DNA of 64,000 bases, taken from an uncultured Nitrospiraceae bacterium. GTDB lineage: Bacteria > Nitrospirota > Thermodesulfovibrionia > Thermodesulfovibrionales > Dissulfurispiraceae. The notes beneath the pieces are model-generated. The model was not told where the DNA came from. It made no database searches and worked only from the letters and a program-made list of their open reading frames with translations. Below, in pieces: positions 41,670-50,857 of the stretch. A program made the position numbers and the translations under genes. The stretch's first letter is position 1, and the number at the start of each line of letters is the position of its first letter. The stretch is from positions 1,216,001 through 1,280,000 of the forward strand of contig CAVSHF010000003.1 in assembly GCA_963727805.1 (NCBI GenBank), in the 5' to 3' direction.

Positions 41670-43229
41670 ATGAAAAGAGGAAAAGTATACTTAATCGGCG
41701 CAGGTCCGGGAGACATCGGATTGTTTACGCTGAAAGGTCTCAGATACCTCAAAAAAGCGGAAGTGGTAGTTTACGATTTTCACCTCAACGCACAGATACT
41801 CAACTATATCGACCACGATGCCGATTTCATCTATGCAGGCAAGCGCGGCGGACATCATGCGATGACCCAAGACGAGATCAACCAGGCGCTTATCGATAAG
41901 GCAGCGGAAGGTAAGCTGGTCTGTAGGCTTAAAGGTGGAGACCCCTTCGTCTTCGGTCGTGGTGGCGAAGAGGCTGAAGCTCTTGTGAACGCGGGCATCG
42001 AGTATGAGCTGGTCCCCGGCGTAAGCTCCTCAATCGCGGCTCCCGCCTATGCGGGCATCCCACTCACCCACAGGAAATATTCGTCTTCCTTTGCGGTGAT
42101 CACCGGCAACGAAGATGCCGATAAAGGCGAAAGCACGCTCGACTGGCCACATCTTTCTAAAAGTTTCGATACACTCGTTTTTCTCATGGGGGTAAAAAAC
42201 CTACACCGGATTACCTCAAAGCTCCTCGATCACGGCAAGGCACCGGACACGCCGGTAGCTCTTGTACGATGGGGGACGAGGCCCGACCAGAAGACAGTTG
42301 TAGGGACGCTGATCGATATCGCCGACAAAGCCGTCACCGAAAATATAAGGCCGCCTGCCGTTATGATCGTCGGCAATGTGGTCAAGCTCCGGGAAACGTT
42401 GAAATGGTATGAGAAGAAACCGCTTTTCGGCCACCGGGTGCTCATCACCCGCGAGTATACCCCAGACTATGAGCCGCTTGAAGATCTTGGGGCGGAGGTG
42501 TTCGAGTTCCCAACAATAAAAACCGTACCACCAGAGGATTATTCGGCACTGGACAGCTCCATCGACATGATCGGGACCTATCACTGGCTTATCTTCACAA
42601 GCGCAAGCGGTTTCGGTTTTTTCGTGCGTCGGTTCATCGAGAGAGATAGGGACATCCGGGATCTGAAAGGGATAAAGATTTGCGCCATTGGAGCGAAGAC
42701 AGCTGAGGCAATCAGGCAATACGGACTAAAGGTAGATCTTGTCCCCGATGAGTTCAATGCAGAAGGACTTATTGCCGCGTTCATTAAAGAGGCCAGGGGA
42801 ACCGTACAGGATCCAAGATACAAGACATCCAACCTAGAGGGTCTACGGATGCTTCTGCCACGTGCCGAAAAGGCAAGGGAGCTCTTTCCCGAGCGGGTCA
42901 GAGAGCTTAACGGCGAAATCGACTGCCCCGCTACCTACCGCACTATAAAGCCTGAGAAGCATGGTAAGCGTCTTTATCGCTTTCTCAAGTCGGGCAGGAT
43001 TTCCGTCGCCACTTTCACAAGTGCTGCCACATTCACAAACTTCGTCGATATTATGGGGGGCGAAGCTTCCAATTTTCTTCAGGGTATTACTATCGCGGCG
43101 ATTGGACCAGTAACTGCGAAGGCGATAGAGTCAGCTGGGTTGAGAGTCTCAATAATACCCAAAGAGGCGACAATTAAGGCGATGGTAGAAGAAATCGTGC
43201 GCTGGGCGGGGACAGGGCTTAGAACATAA
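41670..43229 (+). CDS. cobA-hemD: Fused uroporphyrinogen-III C-methyltransferase / uroporphyrinogen-III synthase
   Basis: GAGPGD, RLKGGDPFVFGRGGEE, AGIPLTHR; HemD half with FTSA, AIG..TA, FTSAAT. Confidence 0.93.
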   Translation: MKRGKVYLIGAGPGDIGLFTLKGLRYLKKAEVVVYDFHLNAQILNYIDHDADFIYAGKRGGHHAMTQDEINQALIDKAAEGKLVCRLKGGDPFVFGRGGEEAEALVNAGIEYELVPGVSSSIAAPAYAGIPLTHRKYSSSFAVITGNEDADKGESTLDWPHLSKSFDTLVFLMGVKNLHRITSKLLDHGKAPDTPVALVRWGTRPDQKTVVGTLIDIADKAVTENIRPPAVMIVGNVVKLRETLKWYEKKPLFGHRVLITREYTPDYEPLEDLGAEVFEFPTIKTVPPEDYSALDSSIDMIGTYHWLIFTSASGFGFFVRRFIERDRDIRDLKGIKICAIGAKTAEAIRQYGLKVDLVPDEFNAEGLIAAFIKEARGTVQDPRYKTSNLEGLRMLLPRAEKARELFPERVRELNGEIDCPATYRTIKPEKHGKRLYRFLKSGRISVATFTSAATFTNFVDIMGGEASNFLQGITIAAIGPVTAKAIESAGLRVSIIPKEATIKAMVEEIVRWAGTGLRT

Positions 43230-43375
43230 GCCAAGATCATCGACCACAGCCTACAGAAAGTGCCCCCCCTCCCGAATCCACTGGTTCAGCTCTATGCACT
43301 CGTCGAGTATGAAGTTATTCACAAAAAAGTGCATGTCTTCTGCACGTTCTAGTAACAGAATACTAATGACACTCC

Positions 43376-44230
43376 TTATAACATGCTTCCCTTTCCGAAC
43401 AATCTGCAATCCTCGCATTTCTTTGCGCTGCATACCTTTGAGATACCCTGGTGGCAGAGGGCGAAATCATATTTCAATGGGTCTTCGAAATCAAGCTTTT
43501 TCAAAGATTCTGTAATCTCGACGGCCATCTTCCAGTCCTGCGAAGACCTTGTCGTGAGGCTGAGACACTTGCCAATCCTCGCTATGTGCGTGTCGAGAGG
43601 TATGATAAGTTTGTTCTTTGGAATACCTTTCCAAATGCCAAAGTCAATGTCCGTGTCCCGTATCATCCATCGCAGATAAAGGTTCATCCGCTTGCAGGCA
43701 CTACCCTTGATGGGCGAAGGAATGAGTTGAAGAAGGCCTGAAGGTTTGATGTCGCTACCATAAACGGGCGACGTATCCGTCGCTATAAGGATCTCTATCA
43801 ATCCCGAGAGAGCTTTCCCGATGTCCACGTCGTCGGAACCATACCGTTTTTTGAATGCGGTCTCAATGGAGCCATGCTTCTTGATGAGTTCGTGGAGTGT
43901 GAAGAAAAAGGCGATGATATCATCGTTCTCATTGAAGCGGTATTTTATTCCGAGAAAGAGTCTGCGGTGTTTTTTGATAGCGAAATTGCGGATAAACCCA
44001 AATGGACTTTCGCCCATTCGGGAGAGCAGTGTCCCCACAATAGGCTTGAAGAGATTGACGTTGCCGTAGGCGAAAGCAGCCGCAATGAATCCCGCTATTT
44101 CCTTGTCTTCCGACCTCTGGTAAGCATGAGGAAATGAGATGGGATCGCGGACAATGGTCCCAGTGAAATCGAAATCATGATAGAATTCATCAAGTATGTG
44201 TTTCAGATTGGAGACTGTTTTAGATGTCAC
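43376..44230 (-). CDS. TIGR02757 / DUF2400 family protein (start uncertain)
   Basis: DPISFPH.Y, AYG, SACKRMNLYLRWMIR, DFGIW, IPLDTH, DPLKYDFAL. Confidence 0.85.
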   Translation of the reverse strand: MTSKTVSNLKHILDEFYHDFDFTGTIVRDPISFPHAYQRSEDKEIAGFIAAAFAYGNVNLFKPIVGTLLSRMGESPFGFIRNFAIKKHRRLFLGIKYRFNENDDIIAFFFTLHELIKKHGSIETAFKKRYGSDDVDIGKALSGLIEILIATDTSPVYGSDIKPSGLLQLIPSPIKGSACKRMNLYLRWMIRDTDIDFGIWKGIPKNKLIIPLDTHIARIGKCLSLTTRSSQDWKMAVEITESLKKLDFEDPLKYDFALCHQGISKVCSAKKCEDCRLFGKGSML

Positions 44231-44349
44231 AGTGAAGTATACCCGATTCTCCTCTCCACCCGCATGCTCAAAAGGAAGCACTTGTGGAGCAGAGATGAGA
44301 CTTTAAGCTTCTTTCTTAATATTGACATCCCAATAATCGAGCCCTTGCA

Positions 44350-44760
44350 GCTATTATTCCAAACAGTCGGAATCTTCCGCCCTATTAACCCAAACCCTGA
44401 TGACGATCTTCCTGAAATCCACTTGACTGCCTTCGTACGAGGTGAGAATACTCAGAAACTCAAACCCGTGTTTTCTGAAAACATCGGCCACTTCCCTGAT
44501 CTTCCCTTCTCGAGAAGATAATGGAGCTCATAGAAATCGTCCGTCGTCGCCTTTAATGGCATGAATTCCCTAATGTCCCTGTCCGTTACGATCCCTATCA
44601 TCTGGTCGCACCCCTCAACCGAAAGATGACTCACCTCATTCTCTCGCATAGTAAGCATAACCGAGGAGATACTTTCGTCAGCGCCATGCTGAGCCCGACA
44701 AAGGTAGAGATCGCCGAGAAGCATCCTGGCGATCAAGGTCTGCAGAAAAGTCCAATCTAT
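44350..44760 (-). pseudogene. Chimeric remnant: 5' end of a livH-like permease joined to a decayed CBS+ACT (AcuB-like) gene
   Basis: FLQTLIARMLLGDLY/LVGLSM (LivH-like N-terminus); CBS GIVTDRDIRE..P.KAT; in a shifted frame, ACT-like IREVADVFRKHG...SILTSYE...RKIVIR, ending in stops. Confidence 0.65.
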
Positions 44761-44786
44761 GGTGCCACCACCGGTGCGTCTTGAGT

Positions 44787-45968
44787 CTATCTTCTGTCTC
44801 TCCATGCCGGCATCGGATAGATGTAATTCTTGGTGGCGTATTTCACAGGCCAGATCAGCTCATACTTGCCATTCTGGACCTGAAGCGCGAAAGTCTCATG
44901 GAAATTCTGATTCTGGTATCCATCTCTGTCCTCGAATTTCACACGACCAAACGCTGTCATTATACTGGTCGCCTTGAGCGCCGCACGGATGTCTTCGGTA
45001 TTCCAGCTCTTCGCCTTCTCAAGTGCATTCTTGACAACAAAGAGTGCAGCATATGCCGATGCCCCATGATAAGACGGATAGTCACCGAATCTAGTCTTGT
45101 ACTTGTTAGCAAACTCATGCGCACCCGGATAGTTAAGCTGATAAAACCACAGGGTTGCCGTGATGACATATTCCGCTGCATCCTTCGCATTATTGATGAA
45201 CTCGGGGATGGTAAATCCAGCAGCACCGCCGGTATAGAGCTTAGCATCAACACGTAGTTCCTTGATCTGCTTCATCAGCAACGCTGCATCCATTACATAC
45301 GAAACCATATAGATGACGTCCGGATTAGCAGCCTTTACTGTCAAGAGAATCGGCTTGAAGTCAATCGTGCCTTTCTCATATTTCTCTTTCACCAGAACCT
45401 TGATATGCAGCTTTTTGGCCTGTCTCTCCATGTCTTCTGACGCGGAGGTACCGAAGTTGGTGCTCTCGTAAATAATCGCCATTGTCTTGGGCTTGACGAC
45501 TTCAGTCATGAATGAGATTACCGCATCAGTATAATGGTTGTTTGTGGCGTTCTGGCGAAAAACGTATTTATAGTGCTTCTGCGTGATTTCGTCTGCAGCA
45601 CTTGCAACAACCAGGTATGGCGTCTTCCATTCTTCAGCGACAGCAGCAACAGCCTTGGCGCAGGATGACGTGTATTCGCCGATAATTATTGGTTGCTTAT
45701 TCCTGATAAGTTTTTCGACAATTGCGCGCGCAGTTTCGGGCTTCGCCTCGGAGTCCTCGAACCGTAAAGTCAGGCGTTTACCCTTGATGCCGCCCTTGGC
45801 ATTGATTTCTTCGGCGGCAATCTCATAGGACCGTTTCTGAATCTCACCGACTTTAGCCTCGGACCCCGTCAACGGCAGCGGAATGGAAAGTTTGAGGTCG
45901 GCTGCATAGATTTGAGCAGCATAAAGCACTAAAAACAATATGATCGCAAGGATAAAAGAACGTTTCAT
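44787..45968 (-). CDS. Branched-chain amino acid ABC transporter substrate-binding protein (LivK-like), orphan
   Basis: Signal peptide, PLTG, EINAKGGIKG, IIGEYTSS, YVFR, TAFGRVKF. Confidence 0.9.
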   Translation of the reverse strand: MKRSFILAIILFLVLYAAQIYAADLKLSIPLPLTGSEAKVGEIQKRSYEIAAEEINAKGGIKGKRLTLRFEDSEAKPETARAIVEKLIRNKQPIIIGEYTSSCAKAVAAVAEEWKTPYLVVASAADEITQKHYKYVFRQNATNNHYTDAVISFMTEVVKPKTMAIIYESTNFGTSASEDMERQAKKLHIKVLVKEKYEKGTIDFKPILLTVKAANPDVIYMVSYVMDAALLMKQIKELRVDAKLYTGGAAGFTIPEFINNAKDAAEYVITATLWFYQLNYPGAHEFANKYKTRFGDYPSYHGASAYAALFVVKNALEKAKSWNTEDIRAALKATSIMTAFGRVKFEDRDGYQNQNFHETFALQVQNGKYELIWPVKYATKNYIYPMPAWRDRR

Positions 45969-46180
45969 CGAACTCTCCTGTTCAATACGCTCATAAGCAA
46001 AATATATTCACAATCTGGCACAACCACAGTTTATGGATCGTTCGTAAAGATGCTTTTGGGGAACTTCTGAAACTTGCTTCTACCTTATTGCTCATGGAAT
46101 CACAGGTTATACTATATAGAGCTTTTGCCCCATGTCAAGAACTCGAATAAACAGCCTCCCCTGAAGTCACAATGACAGCA

Positions 46181-46239
46181 TGGCACTGCATTGCCACTAC
46201 GGCACCAAAATTGCAAGTCCCTCCTTTCGTTGTTAGACT
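46181..46239 (+). promoter_or_regulatory. Candidate nuo promoter region (sigma54-like and sigma70-like boxes, plus a palindrome)
   Basis: GGCAC-CAAAA-TTGCA (GG 46201, GC 46213); TTGCAA-17bp-TAGACT (46211-46239); TGGCA-N6-TGCCA (46181-46196). Confidence 0.45.
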
Positions 46240-46275
46240 GATACTCATGTGTATATACCATACAGTGAGGTGACC

Positions 46276-46677
46276 ATGGGTCGGCAGCCGCTCTGGCCTT
46301 TTGTCGTCTATACCATCGCCGTTATTTTTATCTCGGCAGCGATGATCATCGCTTCATATCTGCTTGGGCAGCGGCACCGCGAGAATGATACGGAGGAACC
46401 TTACGAATCAGGCATCCTTGCCACCGGTTCGGCCCGGATGAGGTTTGACATTAAGTTTTACATGATCGCCATGTTCTTCATCATCTTCGACCTCGAATCG
46501 GTCTTCATCTTCGCCTGGTCCGTGTCCTTATTCGAAGCAGGCTGGTCGGGCTATTTAGGGATGCTATTCTTTATTGGCGTCCTCATGGTAATGCTGATTT
46601 ATTTGTGGAGAATCGGCGCTCTGGAATGGGGCCCGAAAAAAAGAATAACAGTAACGATTCAGAAAAGGCAGTTCTGA
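46276..46677 (+). CDS. nuoA: NADH-quinone oxidoreductase subunit A
   Basis: [26 protein letters not shown]. Confidence 0.95.
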   Translation: MGRQPLWPFVVYTIAVIFISAAMIIASYLLGQRHRENDTEEPYESGILATGSARMRFDIKFYMIAMFFIIFDLESVFIFAWSVSLFEAGWSGYLGMLFFIGVLMVMLIYLWRIGALEWGPKKRITVTIQKRQF

Positions 46678-46679
46678 CA

Positions 46680-47300
46680 ATGGACACCATGCCCGCCGGG
46701 ACCGGCAATCTGGGACAATCCATAGATGATACGGTCGGGAAAGTACTCATACTTTCACGCCTGCAGGACCTGCTCGCCTGGGGCCGCAAGAATTCCCTCT
46801 GGCCCTTCAATTTCGGACTTTCGTGTTGTTTCGTAGAGATGGCGACTAGTCTGACAAGCAAGTACGATATCGCCCGCTTCGGCGCGGAGGTGATACGCGG
46901 TACGCCCCGCGAAGCGGATGTGATGATCATAGCAGGCACCGTTTTCATCAAGATTGCCCCGGTAATCAAGCGCCTCTATCACCAGATGATGGAGCCGCGC
47001 TGGGTGATATCAATGGGATCCTGCGCGAACTCAGGCGGGATGTACGATATCTACAGCGTAGTCCAGGGGGTGGACAAGTTTCTCCCGGTGGATGTTTACG
47101 TGCCGGGATGCCCTCCCAGGCCCGATGCATTCATAGAGGGGCTGCTCCTTTTGCAGAAGGCAGTCGGCTCCGAAAGAAGACCACTCAGCTGGGTGGCCGG
47201 TCCGCAGGGCATTCAAAAGACGCCCGCTCCCTCGATGCGTGATCTACTGCGGAACGAGCGAATGAAGGTCGTCGACCTGAGATCTCCGGATGAAGTATGA
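46680..47300 (+). CDS. nuoB: NADH-quinone oxidoreductase subunit B
   Basis: [28 protein letters not shown]. Confidence 0.96.
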   Translation: MDTMPAGTGNLGQSIDDTVGKVLILSRLQDLLAWGRKNSLWPFNFGLSCCFVEMATSLTSKYDIARFGAEVIRGTPREADVMIIAGTVFIKIAPVIKRLYHQMMEPRWVISMGSCANSGGMYDIYSVVQGVDKFLPVDVYVPGCPPRPDAFIEGLLLLQKAVGSERRPLSWVAGPQGIQKTPAPSMRDLLRNERMKVVDLRSPDEV

Positions 47301-47306
47301 GGCATC

Positions 47307-49067
47307 ATGACTGAAACAGCAGCAGTGATTGGTGAACTCCAAAGCGCATTCGGCAGCAACAGCGTCATCCCCCAAGAAACGCGGGACGATATCCCGACTG
47401 CCTGGATATCACAGGACAAGGCGAGGGATATTCTCCGTCATCTGAAGACAGAAATCGAGCACCCATATGAAATGCTGTACGATCTTACGGCCGTAGACGA
47501 GCGGGCTCGCGTCCGCCTGCCCGACCCCCAGATGTCACGTCCGAAGCATGATTTCACTGTCGTGTATCACCTCCTGTCATTCGGGAGAAACGAGGACGTT
47601 AGGATCAAGGTCCCGCTCAAGGGCGATTCTCCTTCCATCAAGAGCATTGTCGACATCTGGCCTGCTGCGAACTGGTATGAGCGCGAGGCGTGGGACATGT
47701 TCGGGATCACCTTCGAAGGCCACCCGATCCTCAGGCGTATCCTGATGCCGGACTATTGGCAAGGTCATCCTCTTCGCAAAGACCATGCCTCACGCGCTAC
47801 TGACATGGAACCCTTCAGCCTTCCCGATGATATGGAGACTCTTCGTCAGAAAGAACTTCAGTTCCGTCCCGAGGAGTGGGGTCTTAAAAGAAATCTCCGG
47901 GACACGGACGTGATGTTTTTGAATCTTGGTCCGCAGCATCCCGGCACACATGGACTTCTACGGGTGATCCTGGAACTGGACGGGGAAGAGATCATAGACT
48001 CCACGCTTGATATCGGTTACCACCATCGGGGCGCGGAGAAGATGGGTGAAAGACAGTCGTGGCATACATATATCCCTTATACGGACCGGATAGATTACCT
48101 GGGCGGAGTGATGAATAATCTCGCCTATGTCCTTTCAGTCGAGAAGCTTGCGGGGATCGAAGTGCCCGGCAGGGCGAAGGTAATACGTGTCATGCTTTCG
48201 GAGCTTTTCCGCATTGCAAGCCATCTTGTTTGGTACGGGACGTTCGCCCAGGATGTCGGCGCGCTATCTCCTGTCTTTTACATGTTCACCGATAGGGAGC
48301 ACGTCTTCGACATCATTGCCGCGATTTGCGGAGGCAGGATGCACCCTAACTGGTTCAGGATAGGCGGTGTGGCCCAGGACCTTCCAAGTGGCTGGGACAG
48401 GCTGGTTACGGAATTCCTCGACTACATGCCTGCGCGGCTTGCTGAGTATGACAGGATCGTAATGGGCAATCAGATCTTCAAAGCGAGGACCAAAGGGATC
48501 GGATGCTATACAAAAGAGGAAGCTGTCGAATGGGGCATTACGGGACCGGGCCTGCGCGCCTGCGGCCTGCAATGGGACTTCAGGAAGAAAAGGCCGTACT
48601 CCGGTTATGACCAGTTCGAATTCGACATCCCAACGGCCTTAAACGGCGACTGTTACGACAGAGGAGTCGTTCGCGTAGAAGAGATGCGCCAGAGCCTTCG
48701 CATTATCAGGCAGTGTCTCGACAACATGCCGGGCGGCCCTTACAAGGCGCTCCATCCATCCGCCACACCCCCCATAAAGGACCGCACCATGCACGATATC
48801 GAAACGTTGATCGATCATTTCCTCGGGGTCAGCTGGGGGCCTGTGATTCCGTCGGGAGAGGCGAGTGTCGGGATCGAAGCGACCAAAGGGATCAACAGCT
48901 ATTATCTAATCAGCGACGGCAGCACTGTGCCTTACCGGGTAAGGATCCGTACGCCCTCTTTCCCTCACCTCCAGATGGTGCCGCTAATATGTCGTGGCTT
49001 GATGATACCCGATCTCATGGCCATTTTGGGAAGCATAGATTTCGTGCTTGCGGATGTAGACAGATGA
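47307..49067 (+). CDS. nuoCD: Fused NADH-quinone oxidoreductase subunit C/D
   Basis: [18 protein letters not shown] (NuoC) and [21 protein letters not shown], terminal DVDR (NuoD) in one ORF. Confidence 0.96.
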   Translation: MTETAAVIGELQSAFGSNSVIPQETRDDIPTAWISQDKARDILRHLKTEIEHPYEMLYDLTAVDERARVRLPDPQMSRPKHDFTVVYHLLSFGRNEDVRIKVPLKGDSPSIKSIVDIWPAANWYEREAWDMFGITFEGHPILRRILMPDYWQGHPLRKDHASRATDMEPFSLPDDMETLRQKELQFRPEEWGLKRNLRDTDVMFLNLGPQHPGTHGLLRVILELDGEEIIDSTLDIGYHHRGAEKMGERQSWHTYIPYTDRIDYLGGVMNNLAYVLSVEKLAGIEVPGRAKVIRVMLSELFRIASHLVWYGTFAQDVGALSPVFYMFTDREHVFDIIAAICGGRMHPNWFRIGGVAQDLPSGWDRLVTEFLDYMPARLAEYDRIVMGNQIFKARTKGIGCYTKEEAVEWGITGPGLRACGLQWDFRKKRPYSGYDQFEFDIPTALNGDCYDRGVVRVEEMRQSLRIIRQCLDNMPGGPYKALHPSATPPIKDRTMHDIETLIDHFLGVSWGPVIPSGEASVGIEATKGINSYYLISDGSTVPYRVRIRTPSFPHLQMVPLICRGLMIPDLMAILGSIDFVLADVDR

Positions 49068-49074
49068 GGCAGGA

Positions 49075-49536
49075 ATGATCACACAGGAAGAAAAACGAGA
49101 AATCGATGACGAGATAAAAAAGGCACCAACGAAAAAGGCGGCGGTCATCGATGTACTGAAGATCATGCAGAAACATCGGGGCTGGGTCACGGATAATGTC
49201 ATTGAAGAGGCGGCTGAACTGCTCGGCATGACGCCTGCCGAGGTTGACAGTATTGCCACTTTTTTCTCTCTTATTTTCCGCAGGCCTGTCGGCAAACATG
49301 TCATCCTCGTCTGCGACAGTGTAAGTTGCTGGCTTGTCGGGTATGAAGACATTAAGGACCACCTAATGAAACGGCTCGGCATATCGTTGGGCGAGACAAC
49401 AAAGGACGGCAGATTCACACTCCTGTCCTCAGCTTGCCTTGGCCTATGCGAAGAGGCCCCGGCGATGATGATAGATGAGAACCTCTTTACGAAACTGACC
49501 ACGTCTCTCGTGGACGAGATACTCGGAAGATATTGA
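49075..49536 (+). CDS. nuoE: NADH-quinone oxidoreductase subunit E
   Basis: CDSVSC ... CLGLC 2Fe-2S ligands. Confidence 0.95.
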   Translation: MITQEEKREIDDEIKKAPTKKAAVIDVLKIMQKHRGWVTDNVIEEAAELLGMTPAEVDSIATFFSLIFRRPVGKHVILVCDSVSCWLVGYEDIKDHLMKRLGISLGETTKDGRFTLLSSACLGLCEEAPAMMIDENLFTKLTTSLVDEILGRY

Positions 49537-50834
49537 TGGAAATGATAAACGAAAAACCTCTCACGAAAAATTTTCGCCCCAACGGGACTCCCTGCAATCT
49601 AAAAGAGTACGAACAATCGGGCGGCTACCGCGGTCTCCGTAAGGCCCTCGCAGACCACGACCATGAGGAGGTCATCGACATGGTCGTACGGGCGAACCTT
49701 CTTGGCAGAGGCGGCGCCGGGTTCCCGGCGGGCAAGAAGTGGAGCCTCGTACCGATGGGAGAAAATGTCCCCCGCCCGAAATATGTAGTCTGCAATTTCG
49801 ACGAGATGGAGCCGGGCAGCTTCAAGGATAGATTCCTTGCCGAGGGAGACCCACATCAACTCATCGAAGGGCTGATCCTGGCGGGTTACGCAATCGAGGC
49901 CGAAATAGGTTATATCTTCATCCGCAAGGACTATGTGAAGGCCGCCCGGATATTGAACGCGGCAATAGCGGAAGCTTACACTAATCATTACCTCGGCAGC
50001 AATATCTTCGGCTCCGGTTTCAATTACGAACTTCATCTCCATGTAAGCGCGGGCCGATACATCTGCGGGGAATCGAGTGCCCTGTTGAACGCCCTCGAAG
50101 GCGGCCGCGCAATACCCAGAAGCAGGCCGCCCCATATGTCTTCTATGGGTCTATGGGGAAAGCCGACAGTCGTCAACAATGTCGAGACGATTTGCAATGT
50201 GCCACACATAGTCGCAAACGGCCCCGAATGGTTCAGGGAACTCAGTTATACGGAGGAAGGTGGCACTAAAATCTATGGAGTCAGCGGTAGGGTCAAAAGG
50301 CCGGGCGCATGGGAGCTACCGGTGGGCACACCCCTGAGAGAAATACTTGAAAAACACGCCGGCGGAATGCAGGATGGCTTCAAGTTTCGTGGGGCGCTTC
50401 CCGGTGGCGCGTCTAGCAACTTCGTGATCGACGAGCACCTCGATACGAGGATGGACTTTGCCTCGATGAAAAGGGTACAGAGCCATTTCGGTACTGGCAC
50501 GGTCATCGTCCTTGACGACGGCAACTGTCCTGTCGGCATGGTATTGAACCTCCAGAGATATTTCGCCCGCGAATCCTGCGGTTGGTGCACTCCCTGCCGG
50601 GAGGGACTTCCCTGGATCGTCCATGTCCTTGAAGCGCTTGAAGAAGGAAGCGGCACGCCGGAGGATATCGAAATGCTCGAATCACATACGAAACTGCTCA
50701 AGACTGGAAATACTTTCTGCACCCTTGCGCCTGCGGCGATGTTTTCTCTCGAAAGCGCCCTGCGTCACTTCAGAGAGGATTTTGAGCAGCATATACGCAT
50801 GAAAAGATGTTCATATCGCTTAGGGGCGGGATAA
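49536..50834 (+). CDS. nuoF: NADH-quinone oxidoreductase subunit F
   Basis: GRGGAGF, DEMEPGSFKDR, YICGE, ESCGWCTPCREG...FC. Confidence 0.96.
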   Translation: MEMINEKPLTKNFRPNGTPCNLKEYEQSGGYRGLRKALADHDHEEVIDMVVRANLLGRGGAGFPAGKKWSLVPMGENVPRPKYVVCNFDEMEPGSFKDRFLAEGDPHQLIEGLILAGYAIEAEIGYIFIRKDYVKAARILNAAIAEAYTNHYLGSNIFGSGFNYELHLHVSAGRYICGESSALLNALEGGRAIPRSRPPHMSSMGLWGKPTVVNNVETICNVPHIVANGPEWFRELSYTEEGGTKIYGVSGRVKRPGAWELPVGTPLREILEKHAGGMQDGFKFRGALPGGASSNFVIDEHLDTRMDFASMKRVQSHFGTGTVIVLDDGNCPVGMVLNLQRYFARESCGWCTPCREGLPWIVHVLEALEEGSGTPEDIEMLESHTKLLKTGNTFCTLAPAAMFSLESALRHFREDFEQHIRMKRCSYRLGAG

Positions 50835-50846
50835 CCTCGTCCCTAC
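50821..50846. repeat. REP-like (GTAG-type) hairpin at the nuoF/nuoG junction
   Basis: TAGGGGCGGG-ATAAC-CTCGTCCCTAC; the nuoF TAA lies in the loop. Confidence 0.55.
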
Positions 50847-50857
50847 CAAAACAATTA

